Source: Omnitrophica bacterium GWA2_41_15 (GTDB lineage Bacteria > Omnitrophota > Gorgyraeia > Gygaellales > Profunditerraquicolaceae). From it: DNA of 64,000 bases. A program made the translations under genes and the position numbers. Location of the stretch: the NCBI GenBank assembly GCA_919901915.1, contig CAKKQB010000013.1, positions 64,192 to 128,191 on the forward strand, read 5' to 3'. Shown here in pieces: positions 1 to 8,255 of the stretch (its first letter is position 1; each line of letters starts with the position of its first letter). The notes below the pieces were generated by a model. The model had not been told where the DNA came from. It searched no databases and saw nothing but the letters and a program-made list of their open reading frames with translations.

Positions 1-1933
1 CTTTCGCTTTTTCTCTTATCTGCTTGTTCCAGAAAAATCTTTTTTTGCTTAAAAGAGTTAGGTAAGGAGAGGCCTCTTTGAAACAAACTTCTTCTATAAG
101 AGACATGTTCTCTAAAAGCGCGTTATTTTCCTTAACAGAAAAAAGCAATTCAACCGCCTCTTTTCTTGCCCCCTCACTTTTAGACAAAGCTTCTAACGCC
201 TGCCTCTTCAACAAAGGTGTACCTTTCTCTAAGGAAAGAATCGTAAATTTTTCATCAATCGCGCTTAATTTCTGCATCGCCTTCAATACTTCTATCTTTA
301 TAAACTCATTAGAAAACGAAAAAATATTCTTAAGCGCTTCTATGGCCAAGGCCAAATCAACTGTTTTCAAGCCATCTATAATCCCTAGCATAAATCCTAC
401 ATCAGTATTCTTTTTCTCTAAATTCCCATAAAAAATGTCCTTATGCCCGGGAAAAAACTTAAAAAATAATTTCAAGGCATAAGCGCTAACCTTACCTTCA
501 TTAAATATTTTATCCAGATAAAATTCAACCCCCATAGAGGATTTTTCCAGGGTATCCGCGAAATACTCCAAGTCAGAAGACAGTGGTTCGGCCTCCCCTT
601 GCCGAAGCCGCAAGTCAGAGGACAGTGGTTCGGCCGGCTCCCAAAACAGATTTTCTATTATTTTTGTAACGCGCGTATCCAAGACATCAAGAAAACGGCT
701 TAAATACGGTTTTTGTTTTCTTCCGTCTTTCAAAGCGCCACACAGATATTTAAGATATTGATAATCCTTTACCTTAACTATCTCGGGGAGCTCTTGAGAA
801 ATTTTTTCTATAATCTGCTCGGCCTTTTCAGAGTTTTCCTCTTGCGCGAACATACTCAACAAAATCAAACGGTAATTTTTTTGCAAAATTCCACGGTCAA
901 AAGAAAAAGCTCCCCCGGAAGAAATATCATTAAGCATAGCGCTAATCCTGCCGCGATAAACCTCTGAATCAAGAGAGGCATTGGGTTGGGCCAATAATTC
1001 CTGTATCTTTTTTATTGCTTTAGGATTCTGTTTTAAAGAATCTTTATTGAATGAATCTGTTAAAAAAAGTGAAGCGATGCCCTCCTGCATTTTTTCATCC
1101 GTGAAACGGGAAAATAACTCCAAACTTAAATTATCAAAATTTTCATCTTTTAATATTCCGCTCCAAAGCGCTCCCGCGAAGTCCTCTTCGCTCAAATGTC
1201 TAAAGAATACCTTAATTTTATCTATATTTTCTCCCCCTAAAACATCTTTATGCCTTAAAACTGACCTGAACATCGCGCTAATACAGGTTCTAAATCTTTC
1301 CTGATCATGTTTTTTAAGATAATCTAAAAAGGCCGTCACGCTCTGCCTTAGCTCTTCGTCATTAAGTAAATCATCCGCCTTAAACCTTAGAGCTATCTTT
1401 TCAAAATTATCCGCGAACACGCTTACCTTCTCTGAATCGCCCGAGCCTATTGCCTGAGCGACTAAATATTCCCATACATCCCTAATTTCTTCTCCCTCAT
1501 CTTTTAAAAATTGCGAATAATCCAACTCTTCAATAGATACATGCGCGATATTCTCCTTTTTTAGAATGCCCCCAAGGCCGCCTTGTTTAAAAACTTCTCG
1601 AACAGGTAAAGCTAAGCCGGCAAGAAAATATCTCAATTCCTCAACCGTAGCGCCTTGTTCTATCTGAATACTTCTCAATTTACGACGGTGAAAAATCATG
1701 GCTAATTCAACGCAAAACCCCATTTTCTGCCAATACCTTGAGTCCAAAAACAAAGAATTGGGAGTAACGCCTATTTTTATCGGGTTTAAAAAACCAAACA
1801 CCAAATCAGCGTTTTTTTTAAATTTTTCCACGGAATCTATAAAATAGGGGTGTGTTCCAGAATAAGAGGAGGCATTGTTTATAGCTATACGCAGGCTTTT
1901 AAGAAAATCATTTAAGACTTCTTCTTTATTCAT
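1..1933 (-). CDS. hypothetical protein, 3'-partial (>=644 aa, continues past left window edge)
   Basis: Read by hand on minus strand: ATG at 1931-1933 (MNKEEVLNDFLKSLRIAINNASSYSGTHPYF...) stays open to position 1; missing from ORF track only because no in-window stop; no domain recognised; carries an in-frame 42-bp tandem duplication (AEPLSSDLRLRQGE/AEPLSSDL). Confidence 0.6.
   Translation of the reverse strand, partial: MNKEEVLNDFLKSLRIAINNASSYSGTHPYFIDSVEKFKKNADLVFGFLNPIKIGVTPNSLFLDSRYWQKMGFCVELAMIFHRRKLRSIQIEQGATVEELRYFLAGLALPVREVFKQGGLGGILKKENIAHVSIEELDYSQFLKDEGEEIRDVWEYLVAQAIGSGDSEKVSVFADNFEKIALRFKADDLLNDEELRQSVTAFLDYLKKHDQERFRTCISAMFRSVLRHKDVLGGENIDKIKVFFRHLSEEDFAGALWSGILKDENFDNLSLELFSRFTDEKMQEGIASLFLTDSFNKDSLKQNPKAIKKIQELLAQPNASLDSEVYRGRISAMLNDISSGGAFSFDRGILQKNYRLILLSMFAQEENSEKAEQIIEKISQELPEIVKVKDYQYLKYLCGALKDGRKQKPYLSRFLDVLDTRVTKIIENLFWEPAEPLSSDLRLRQGEAEPLSSDLEYFADTLEKSSMGVEFYLDKIFNEGKVSAYALKLFFKFFPGHKDIFYGNLEKKNTDVGFMLGIIDGLKTVDLALAIEALKNIFSFSNEFIKIEVLKAMQKLSAIDEKFTILSLEKGTPLLKRQALEALSKSEGARKEAVELLFSVKENNALLENMSLIEEVCFKEASPYLTLLSKKRFFWNKQIREKAK
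571..646. repeat. in-frame 42-bp tandem duplication inside gene A derived from a ~45-bp mini palindromic element
   Basis: caagtcagaRgacagtggttcggcc x2; homologous to 9768-9813 in opposite orientation. Confidence 0.7.
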
Positions 1934-2070
1934 CGTACATTAGCAACTTGAACCCGGATTTTGCAATAGAAACGACATTCGCCGGCAAATCGGTTTCGGC
2001 TATAGGAAGCCGAACCATAGCCTTGTGGCTAAAAGAGCGCATCTTCATCATTTTAACAGGAACCGGAATA

Positions 2071-2106
2071 AGTGTAGAAACGAGGCACTGCCTCGTCTCT
2101 ACACTT
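2071..2106. repeat. family D hairpin (GTAGAGACGC stem, variable loop)
   Basis: agtgtagaaacgaggcactgcctcgtctctacact. Confidence 0.6.
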
Positions 2107-2145
2107 ATTTCTGGCGCACCCTTCACATTATTTACAAAAGAACCA

Positions 2146-2376
2146 TTATTTTTGGGCTTTAATTTTCTCGATATTTATATCTTTACCTCTTAAATACTCA
2201 AAGGCCTTAGCTACTTCCTCTTCATCTCCCTCTAAGCCAAGTATAGCCCAACCGGAATACATAGAGAATGACGCCTCAAATATATTCAAGTTAATATTAA
2301 AACTTTTACACAAATAACAAATTATAGACTCATCCTTTAAATTGCCGGGAAAGGTTAACCCAATCAATACTTTCAT
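2146..2376 (-). CDS. small NIL/ACT-like domain protein
   Basis: 76 aa; ILGLEGDEEEVAKAFEYLRGKDINIE segment resembles stand-alone NIL (MetN C-terminal type) domain. Confidence 0.45.
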   Translation of the reverse strand: MKVLIGLTFPGNLKDESIICYLCKSFNINLNIFEASFSMYSGWAILGLEGDEEEVAKAFEYLRGKDINIEKIKAQK

Positions 2377-2401
2377 CTAAAAATCTCCGTAATCGATTCC
2401 A

Positions 2402-4114
2402 CTAAGCCTCCTCTGTTACCCGCAATACTTCATCTGGCGTCGTAGAGCCATTCTTGATTTTCTCTATGCCATCTTCGTATATGGTACGCGAACCTAAGAT
2501 TATCGCCTTTTTCTGAATTTCACGGCCAGGCATTTTAGCAACAACCATACTCTTAAGTTCATCATTCATCACCAGAAACTCAAAAATACCGATACGGCCA
2601 AAATATCCAGTATTCTTACAATTCTGACAGCCCTTTCCGCGATAAAATTCACCCTTATAATCTAATTTTAAATCACGCAACATCTCGTCAGAAGGCATAT
2701 AGCTTTCCTTACATTTAGGACAAATTACCCGCACTAACCTCTGCGCTAATATTCCAGTAACAGAAGTGGCAATTAAAAATGGCTCAATGCCCATATCCAA
2801 GAGCCGGGTCAGAGAACTAACGGCATCATTGGTATGCAGTGTAGAAAGCACTAAGTGCCCTGTTAAAGATGCCTGGATAGCAATCTCGGCAGTCTCTTTG
2901 TCGCGAATTTCACCTACCATTATTATATCCGGGTCCTGGCGCAAAATATTACGCAACCCATTAGCAAAAGTCAGGCCCGCAAGGGGATTAACCTGCGTTT
3001 GACGAATAAGAGGAACATCATATTCTACGGGATCCTCAATGGTAATGATATTTTTTTCTATGCTATTTATTACAGATAAGGCGGCGTAGAGGGTCGTGGT
3101 CTTACCTGAGCCAGTCGGCCCGGTAACTAAAATTATTCCATTGGGCCTTGTGATTAACTTTTCAAAGCCCTTTAGGTCTTTATCGGAAAAACCCAATTGG
3201 CTTAAACCTAAAATCACGTTGGATTTATCCAAAATTCTTAAAACTATATTTTCTCCGTTAATCGTAGGAAAAGAAGAAACCCTTAAATCAAGATTCTTGT
3301 TTTCCATCTTAATCTGAATCCGGCCATCTTGGGGCCTGCGCGTCTCAGCTATATCCATTCTCGCCATCACCTTAACACGCGAAACAAAAGCGCCCTGAAG
3401 GTATTTGGGAAGCTGCTGGGCCTCATGCAAAATTCCGTCAATGCGATAACGAATAAGTATCTTGCCTTGGGCTGGTTCAATATGGATATCGCTGGCGCGG
3501 TCTTTAACTGCCTGCATAATAATTAAATTTACTAATTTTATAACCGGCGCCTCCTCGGTAATATCAACTAATCCCTCGGGAACAAGCTTCTCTGCGCCTG
3601 TTGAAAAAGGAGACAAACCTTTAGGGCCTTTCGCCTGAACAGATAATTTTTCTTCGGTTAAATCTTCTATTAATTTTTTGACATCCCCTGCTGCCCCATA
3701 ATACTGGTCAATCATTTTTTCGATTGCCCCGGGTGAAGCCAGCATCGGCTCAATTACGTCTATACCGCTACTTTTTCTTATTTCATCTAACACCATAATG
3801 TTATGAGGATCTGCCATTGCCACTGTAAGAGAATTACCGATTTTAAATAAAGGCATGGCCTTGAATCTTTTTGCCATTGCCTCCGGAATAAATTTTATTA
3901 TCGCGGAATCAATCAAATAATCCGCCAAATCTATAAATGGAACACCTATTGAACCAGCCCATGCCTTCAAAATATCCACTTCGGAAATAAATCCCAGGCG
4001 TTCCAGGGCCTTCTCTAAAAGAAGACCTGTTTTTGCCGCCTCTTCCTGACCCTGGACAAGCTGCTCTCGCGTAATTATGCCTTCCTGAATAAGAAAATCA
4101 ACGCTTGCGCTCAT
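2402..4114 (-). CDS. pilB: type IV pilus assembly ATPase PilB (GspE family)
   Basis: 570 aa; N-terminal T2SSE_N-like region, Walker A GPTGSGKTTT, Asp/His boxes, tetracysteine CPKC...CQNC zinc motif. Confidence 0.9.
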   Translation of the reverse strand: MSASVDFLIQEGIITREQLVQGQEEAAKTGLLLEKALERLGFISEVDILKAWAGSIGVPFIDLADYLIDSAIIKFIPEAMAKRFKAMPLFKIGNSLTVAMADPHNIMVLDEIRKSSGIDVIEPMLASPGAIEKMIDQYYGAAGDVKKLIEDLTEEKLSVQAKGPKGLSPFSTGAEKLVPEGLVDITEEAPVIKLVNLIIMQAVKDRASDIHIEPAQGKILIRYRIDGILHEAQQLPKYLQGAFVSRVKVMARMDIAETRRPQDGRIQIKMENKNLDLRVSSFPTINGENIVLRILDKSNVILGLSQLGFSDKDLKGFEKLITRPNGIILVTGPTGSGKTTTLYAALSVINSIEKNIITIEDPVEYDVPLIRQTQVNPLAGLTFANGLRNILRQDPDIIMVGEIRDKETAEIAIQASLTGHLVLSTLHTNDAVSSLTRLLDMGIEPFLIATSVTGILAQRLVRVICPKCKESYMPSDEMLRDLKLDYKGEFYRGKGCQNCKNTGYFGRIGIFEFLVMNDELKSMVVAKMPGREIQKKAIILGSRTIYEDGIEKIKNGSTTPDEVLRVTEEA

Positions 4115-4132
4115 AACTGATACTCCTTCATT

Positions 4133-6085
4133 TTAAAGACGCGAACGTACAAATTTTGAGATAATTTTTTTATCTTTAGTTTTTAAATTTATAAATTCAA
4201 GGCCCAGCTTATATTCTTTAACGCCAATTCCCGGTGCCTCTTCTATATATTTTATCCAGGCCACATCCGCCATAACACAAAAAGGCTTTACTTTAGGAAA
4301 TTTCAATTTAACCTGTATCCGGCTGTCTGTTTCTATCTTTCTCTTAGCTATAAAACAAATTCCGCCTTCAGAGATATCAATAGTTTGAGAAGATTCTATC
4401 TCTTCCCCGGGCAATAAAATCTCAATATCCGCTTTATAAAAAATCCTGCGAAAACGCCTCTTTTCTAAGCCAACGCGTATCTTCTTAATATTGATACTGC
4501 TTATAAGCCGCGAAGCAGGAAGAGATTGAGATTTAGAATCATACGGCAATACTCCTAAATTTATAAAAACATTCTCTAAATTCTGTGCCGCGAAATATTT
4601 TCTTATTCTATTCTTGAGTAAATCGCAAAATTTTACGGCCACCTCTTCTCCTGCCTTTAAAAGCAGGATACCAATTTCTCCTTCTTTATAATTCTCTAAG
4701 CATACCCGCGGGGAACAGGCAGATATATCCCCCGCGCCTAATTTCTCAAATGTTTCCTCAAAAAATACCTTTAAATTACCAAGTAACCCTATGGAGTCAA
4801 TATTGAATTCTTTCTGGAATTGCGCGTAATTAACAATCAGCAAATTAACCAAATAAACAGGCAGGCTTTCTTCCGCTAAATTATTAATCTTATCCCTGAT
4901 ATCCTTGCTTAATATTTTATCCGTATAAAATCTGGGCAGGGTAAAATAAAATTTACTGCCCACGCCCAATTCAGATTCAACCCAAATCTCTCCACCGTGT
5001 TTTTCTATCAATTCTTTCGTGATAAAAAGCCCCAACCCGACTCCTTTTCTCTTTACTTGAGATTCACTGGCAAGCTGAATAAACTTATTAAATATTTTAG
5101 GTAAATCTTGTTTGGCTATCCCAATACCCGTGTCCATAACAACTACTCTAACCTTATCCTCCAAAATTCTGACTTCAATCCTAATCTTTCCGTTTTGTTC
5201 GGTAAACTTTATAGCGTTATTAACTAAGTTCGCGATAACCTGATTTATTCTTCCGGCATCTATAAATATATTTATTTCTTGGCCCTGAGGCAAATCATAC
5301 TCCAAACCTACGCCCTTTTGCTCTGCCAATTTTTTAAAAAACGCGAAAGAATCCATTAGTAAATCGCTAAGATTAACTAACGAATAACGCATTTTAATCT
5401 TACCTCTTTCAAATCTAGAAATATCAAGCAGTTCTTCTATTATATCATTTAGGCGCGCTATATTATTTTTTGCCTTCGTAAGTATTTCTTTCTGCTTAGA
5501 AATTAATGGGCCCGCAACCTCATCGATAAGAAGCATTACCGCGTCTTTAATAATCGCTAGTGGTGTCCTAATCTCATGAGAAACAACAGAAACAAATTCA
5601 GACTTCATTCTATTTAATTCTTCCAATCCTTCTATTTTTTTGCAAATCAACGCCTTTTCTTCTCTCAAGCGCTCAAATTGCATGCGCTGGGTAATATCCC
5701 TGGTAATACCAATAAGGCCGACAATCTTACCTTTATTGTCGTATCTGGGTATCTTGGTTGTTGACGCGTAATTATCAACGCCGTCTACCCGTGTAGCCCT
5801 TTCAATTTTATCAATTATAGGCTTACCGGTCGTCATAACATGCAAATCATCCTTAGCCATTTCCCGCGCCCGTTCCCGGGGAAAAATATCAAAATCCGTT
5901 TTCCCAACTACCTCTTCGGGCTTAAGGCCCAAGCCCTTAGCATGGGTCTGATTAACCATAATCAGCCTCCCCCGGGTATCTTTAAAGTAAATAACATCCG
6001 GCACCATATCCATAAGATCGGAAAGAAGTTTATACTTATTCTCTAACTCTTTATATTTCTTTTGTAACTCTTTAAAATTATTCAT
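4133..6085 (-). CDS. PAS sensor histidine kinase with C-terminal PilZ (c-di-GMP binding) domain
   Basis: 650 aa; PAS (aa ~20-135), HisKA H-box SHEIRTPL, HATPase_c (N/G boxes), C-terminal RRFRRIFY...DISEGGICF PilZ signature (RxxxR + D/NxSxGG). Confidence 0.85.
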   Translation of the reverse strand: MNNFKELQKKYKELENKYKLLSDLMDMVPDVIYFKDTRGRLIMVNQTHAKGLGLKPEEVVGKTDFDIFPRERAREMAKDDLHVMTTGKPIIDKIERATRVDGVDNYASTTKIPRYDNKGKIVGLIGITRDITQRMQFERLREEKALICKKIEGLEELNRMKSEFVSVVSHEIRTPLAIIKDAVMLLIDEVAGPLISKQKEILTKAKNNIARLNDIIEELLDISRFERGKIKMRYSLVNLSDLLMDSFAFFKKLAEQKGVGLEYDLPQGQEINIFIDAGRINQVIANLVNNAIKFTEQNGKIRIEVRILEDKVRVVVMDTGIGIAKQDLPKIFNKFIQLASESQVKRKGVGLGLFITKELIEKHGGEIWVESELGVGSKFYFTLPRFYTDKILSKDIRDKINNLAEESLPVYLVNLLIVNYAQFQKEFNIDSIGLLGNLKVFFEETFEKLGAGDISACSPRVCLENYKEGEIGILLLKAGEEVAVKFCDLLKNRIRKYFAAQNLENVFINLGVLPYDSKSQSLPASRLISSINIKKIRVGLEKRRFRRIFYKADIEILLPGEEIESSQTIDISEGGICFIAKRKIETDSRIQVKLKFPKVKPFCVMADVAWIKYIEEAPGIGVKEYKLGLEFINLKTKDKKIISKFVRSRL

Positions 6086-6104
6086 AAAAAAGATTTTTCC
6101 GTAA

Positions 6105-6255
6105 ATAGGGACTGCCCGACTGGACCCCGGCTTCCGCCGGGGTGACGAGCTAACATTGTCATTCCCTCGGTCAGCCTCATTACCATCGTCGTCATTCCGG
6201 CGAAAGCCGGAATCCAGAAAGAAATCTTGTCCACCTCGTAGGCGCGCGCTTATCT
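6105..6255. repeat. composite of family A-type hairpins between REC gene and HK gene
   Basis: ctggaccccggcttccgccggggtgac and gtcattccggcgaaagccggaatccag in opposite orientation. Confidence 0.65.
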
Positions 6256-6298
6256 TTACTCGTATTCACCTACCAGGTGGACTCTGGTTCCCTAAATG

Positions 6299-6670
6299 CT
6301 AACCAAGTAACTGGCGAATCTTCTCTAATAACACGTGGGCATCAAAAGGTTTAGTAATATAAACGTCGGCGCGCACATCTTTAGCTATTTCTTTATCAGA
6401 TTCATCAGCGCGCGCGGTAAAAATAATAATTGGAATATTTTTATATTTCTCGTCAAACTTTAGCAACCGGCATACTTTATAACCGTCCATTTTAGGAAGC
6501 ATTAAATCTAATATAATAAGGTCTGGATTCTCTTTTTTCGCTTTCTCTAAACCCTCCAGGCCATCCCCCGCGGAAATAACCTCATAATCATTAGCCTCTA
6601 ACCGCAGGCTGACAGTTTCAACCAAATCACTCTCATCTTCAATAATCAATATTCTCTTTTTACTCATCAC
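6299..6670 (-). CDS. stand-alone response-regulator receiver (CheY-like)
   Basis: 123 aa; ILIIEDE...DLIILDLMLPKMDG...K conserved REC residues; no output domain. Confidence 0.85.
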   Translation of the reverse strand: MMSKKRILIIEDESDLVETVSLRLEANDYEVISAGDGLEGLEKAKKENPDLIILDLMLPKMDGYKVCRLLKFDEKYKNIPIIIFTARADESDKEIAKDVRADVYITKPFDAHVLLEKIRQLLG

Positions 6671-6691
6671 ACGATACCTCCCTTAAAAATT

Positions 6692-6768
6692 TGGTGACGG
6701 CGGGTGGATTTGGACCACCGACTTAACGGGTATGAGCCGTTTGCTCTACCAGACTGAGCTACGCCGCC
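6692..6768 (-). tRNA. tRNA with CAT anticodon (elongator Met or Ile2/lysidine type; not initiator)
   Basis: Minus-strand GGCGGCGTAGCTCAGTCTGGTAGAGCAAACGGCTCATACCCGTTAAGTCGGTGGTCCAAATCCACCCGCCGTCACCA folds as cloverleaf; anticodon loop CTCATAC; anticodon stem lacks the 3 G-C of initiators; encoded CCA; T-loop reads TCCAAAT (C at position 55 unusual). Confidence 0.75.
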
Positions 6769-6775
6769 TTAATCC

Positions 6776-7264
6776 TTACTGTTCCAAGATAAGTTCAATA
6801 TTTCTAGAGCCGTTATTCAAAATAACCCTGTCAAGCTTTATATCAACTACAGTATGGACGCCAATCTTATCTCCCACTTTTACAATATTATCATTTATTA
6901 TCGCCAAAGAAGCTTTTTTATCACAAATTATACCCATAAGTTTTAAGCCAATTATTTCTTCGTCGCAAAAATAAGTCTTACCGCTAAAAGGGCATCTTCC
7001 CTGAACATGTCCTTTGTCCGGCGGCGATTGCCTCGCGGTCCGTGGCTCCTCCGAGAAGCGGGTAAAACTAGGAACCTGCTTGTCTAACGGGTTAATTATC
7101 GCGGATACACCAGGATTTGTTCCGTTAAGAGGTTCTTTTCTCATGGAAGGAACGGCATTGGTCAAGGACCTTTTCTTAATCACCTTTAGGGTATTTCCCC
7201 AGGCAAAAATAAAAACCAGAATTAACACTCCTGTAATAATTATTTTTACGCGTTCCTTATCCAT
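6776..7264 (-). CDS. PilP-like pilus assembly lipoprotein/periplasmic protein
   Basis: 162 aa; N-terminal TM helix; C-terminal GLKLMGII...INDNIVKVGDKIGVHTVVDIKLDRVILNNG matches PilP/GspC HR-domain pattern; position after pilO. Confidence 0.55.
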   Translation of the reverse strand: MDKERVKIIITGVLILVFIFAWGNTLKVIKKRSLTNAVPSMRKEPLNGTNPGVSAIINPLDKQVPSFTRFSEEPRTARQSPPDKGHVQGRCPFSGKTYFCDEEIIGLKLMGIICDKKASLAIINDNIVKVGDKIGVHTVVDIKLDRVILNNGSRNIELILEQ

Positions 7265-7430
7265 ATTGTCACAAAAAGAGTATTATAGTTTCCACTGAAA
7301 AAGTGGAAACTATATGATTACAACGATTAAAAAATAGATTACAGTGATTAATGTCCGACGAGAAAAAATCTCCGTAATCTTTTTAAAATCTCCGTAATCA
7401 AGTTACTGCTGGGTTTTTCAGCAGTAACTA

Positions 7431-7991
7431 TTATGGAACCTTTTTAAACAAATAAACAGAAATTTGCAAAACAGCTTCTAAACAAATTTGACCTTCCCCC
7501 GCGCCCTGAATCTTAAGCTCTCTTATCCTTACAAGAAACACGGGATTATTCCTTAAAATATCTAAATATCTATTTATGGCTATAAATTCACCTGCCAAAT
7601 TAAAAGTTATAGGCAACTCTTCTATATCATAACCCGAAACAGGAGTTTCTATTGGGCGCCTGCTCGAACTGCTAAGATTTTTAATTTCGATATTTAAATT
7701 CTTTGCTGTCTCGGATAGATTATTTATTACTATTTCTTCCTTATTAAGCAGTTGGCTTTCAATTTTATTCAGTTGCGCTCCCATACCATTTAATGCTTCC
7801 CCTACATCCTTGCCCTGAAGAATACCTTTTATTTCTAAAATCTGGCTATCAGCATCCTTCAATTGATTCTTTATCAAAGCAAACCTCCGTATCTGGGGAG
7901 AATAAACAAACTGCCAGAACAAAAACAAAAACACCGCCGCGGCTACAGCAAAATAAATAATTTTCCTCTGTTCTTTGTTTAACACTATCAT
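7431..7991 (-). CDS. PilO-like inner-membrane pilus assembly protein
   Basis: 186 aa; single N-terminal TM (IIYFAVAAAVFLFLFWQFVY) then coiled coil; gene order pilMN-pilO-pilP. Confidence 0.6.
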   Translation of the reverse strand: MIVLNKEQRKIIYFAVAAAVFLFLFWQFVYSPQIRRFALIKNQLKDADSQILEIKGILQGKDVGEALNGMGAQLNKIESQLLNKEEIVINNLSETAKNLNIEIKNLSSSSRRPIETPVSGYDIEELPITFNLAGEFIAINRYLDILRNNPVFLVRIRELKIQGAGEGQICLEAVLQISVYLFKKVP

Positions 7992-8012
7992 AGCAATATT
8001 AATTTAACACGA

Positions 8013-8218
8013 ATTCTCATGGGGCTGTTGCGAAATGCCATTTTTCGTCATTCCGGCGAAAACCGGAATCCAGAACTCTTTGATTTTAATAGACTTATGG
8101 ATACCGGCGACCGAGGGCGAAATGACCGAGGAAGTGTCGGAGCCTAACTGGGCTCGACCTTTCGCCAATATGACGATTTTAATGTATTTTGCAACAGCCC
8201 CCTCATGGATTTATCCGT
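8013..8218. mobile_element. MITE family A (~200 bp) with ~20-bp TIRs CATGGGGCTGTTGCGAAAT and internal hairpin GTCATTCCGGCGAAARCCGGAATCCAG
   Basis: near-identical copy at 51988-52171; TIRs read directly; spurious ORF 8035-8259. Confidence 0.8.
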
Positions 8219-8255
8219 GTTTATCCGTGTTCTTTTATCCGTGTCAATCCGTGTT
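8207..8255 (-). promoter_or_regulatory. cluster of 4 direct TTATCCGTGT (minus: ACACGGATAA) motifs with 10-14-bp phasing, just after pilMN stop / upstream of pilO
   Basis: ttatccgtgtttatccgtgttcttttatccgtgtcaatccgtgtt. Confidence 0.6.

Noticed and set aside
1-1930. Apparent absence of any long ORF in the first 1.9 kb (possible alternative genetic code or non-coding region)
   Set aside because: A continuous minus-strand frame from ATG 1933 to position 1 exists. It is missing from the ORF track only because its stop lies outside the window. The rest of the window translates normally with the standard code.
1926-2126. ORF 1926-2126(-) 66 aa
   Set aside because: It covers the family-D hairpin between the NIL gene and gene A, with no RBS. 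Judged spurious.
6692-6768. Initiator tRNA-fMet
   Set aside because: G1:C72 is paired and the anticodon stem lacks three consecutive G:C pairs. It is an elongator Met or Ile2 (lysidine) tRNA.
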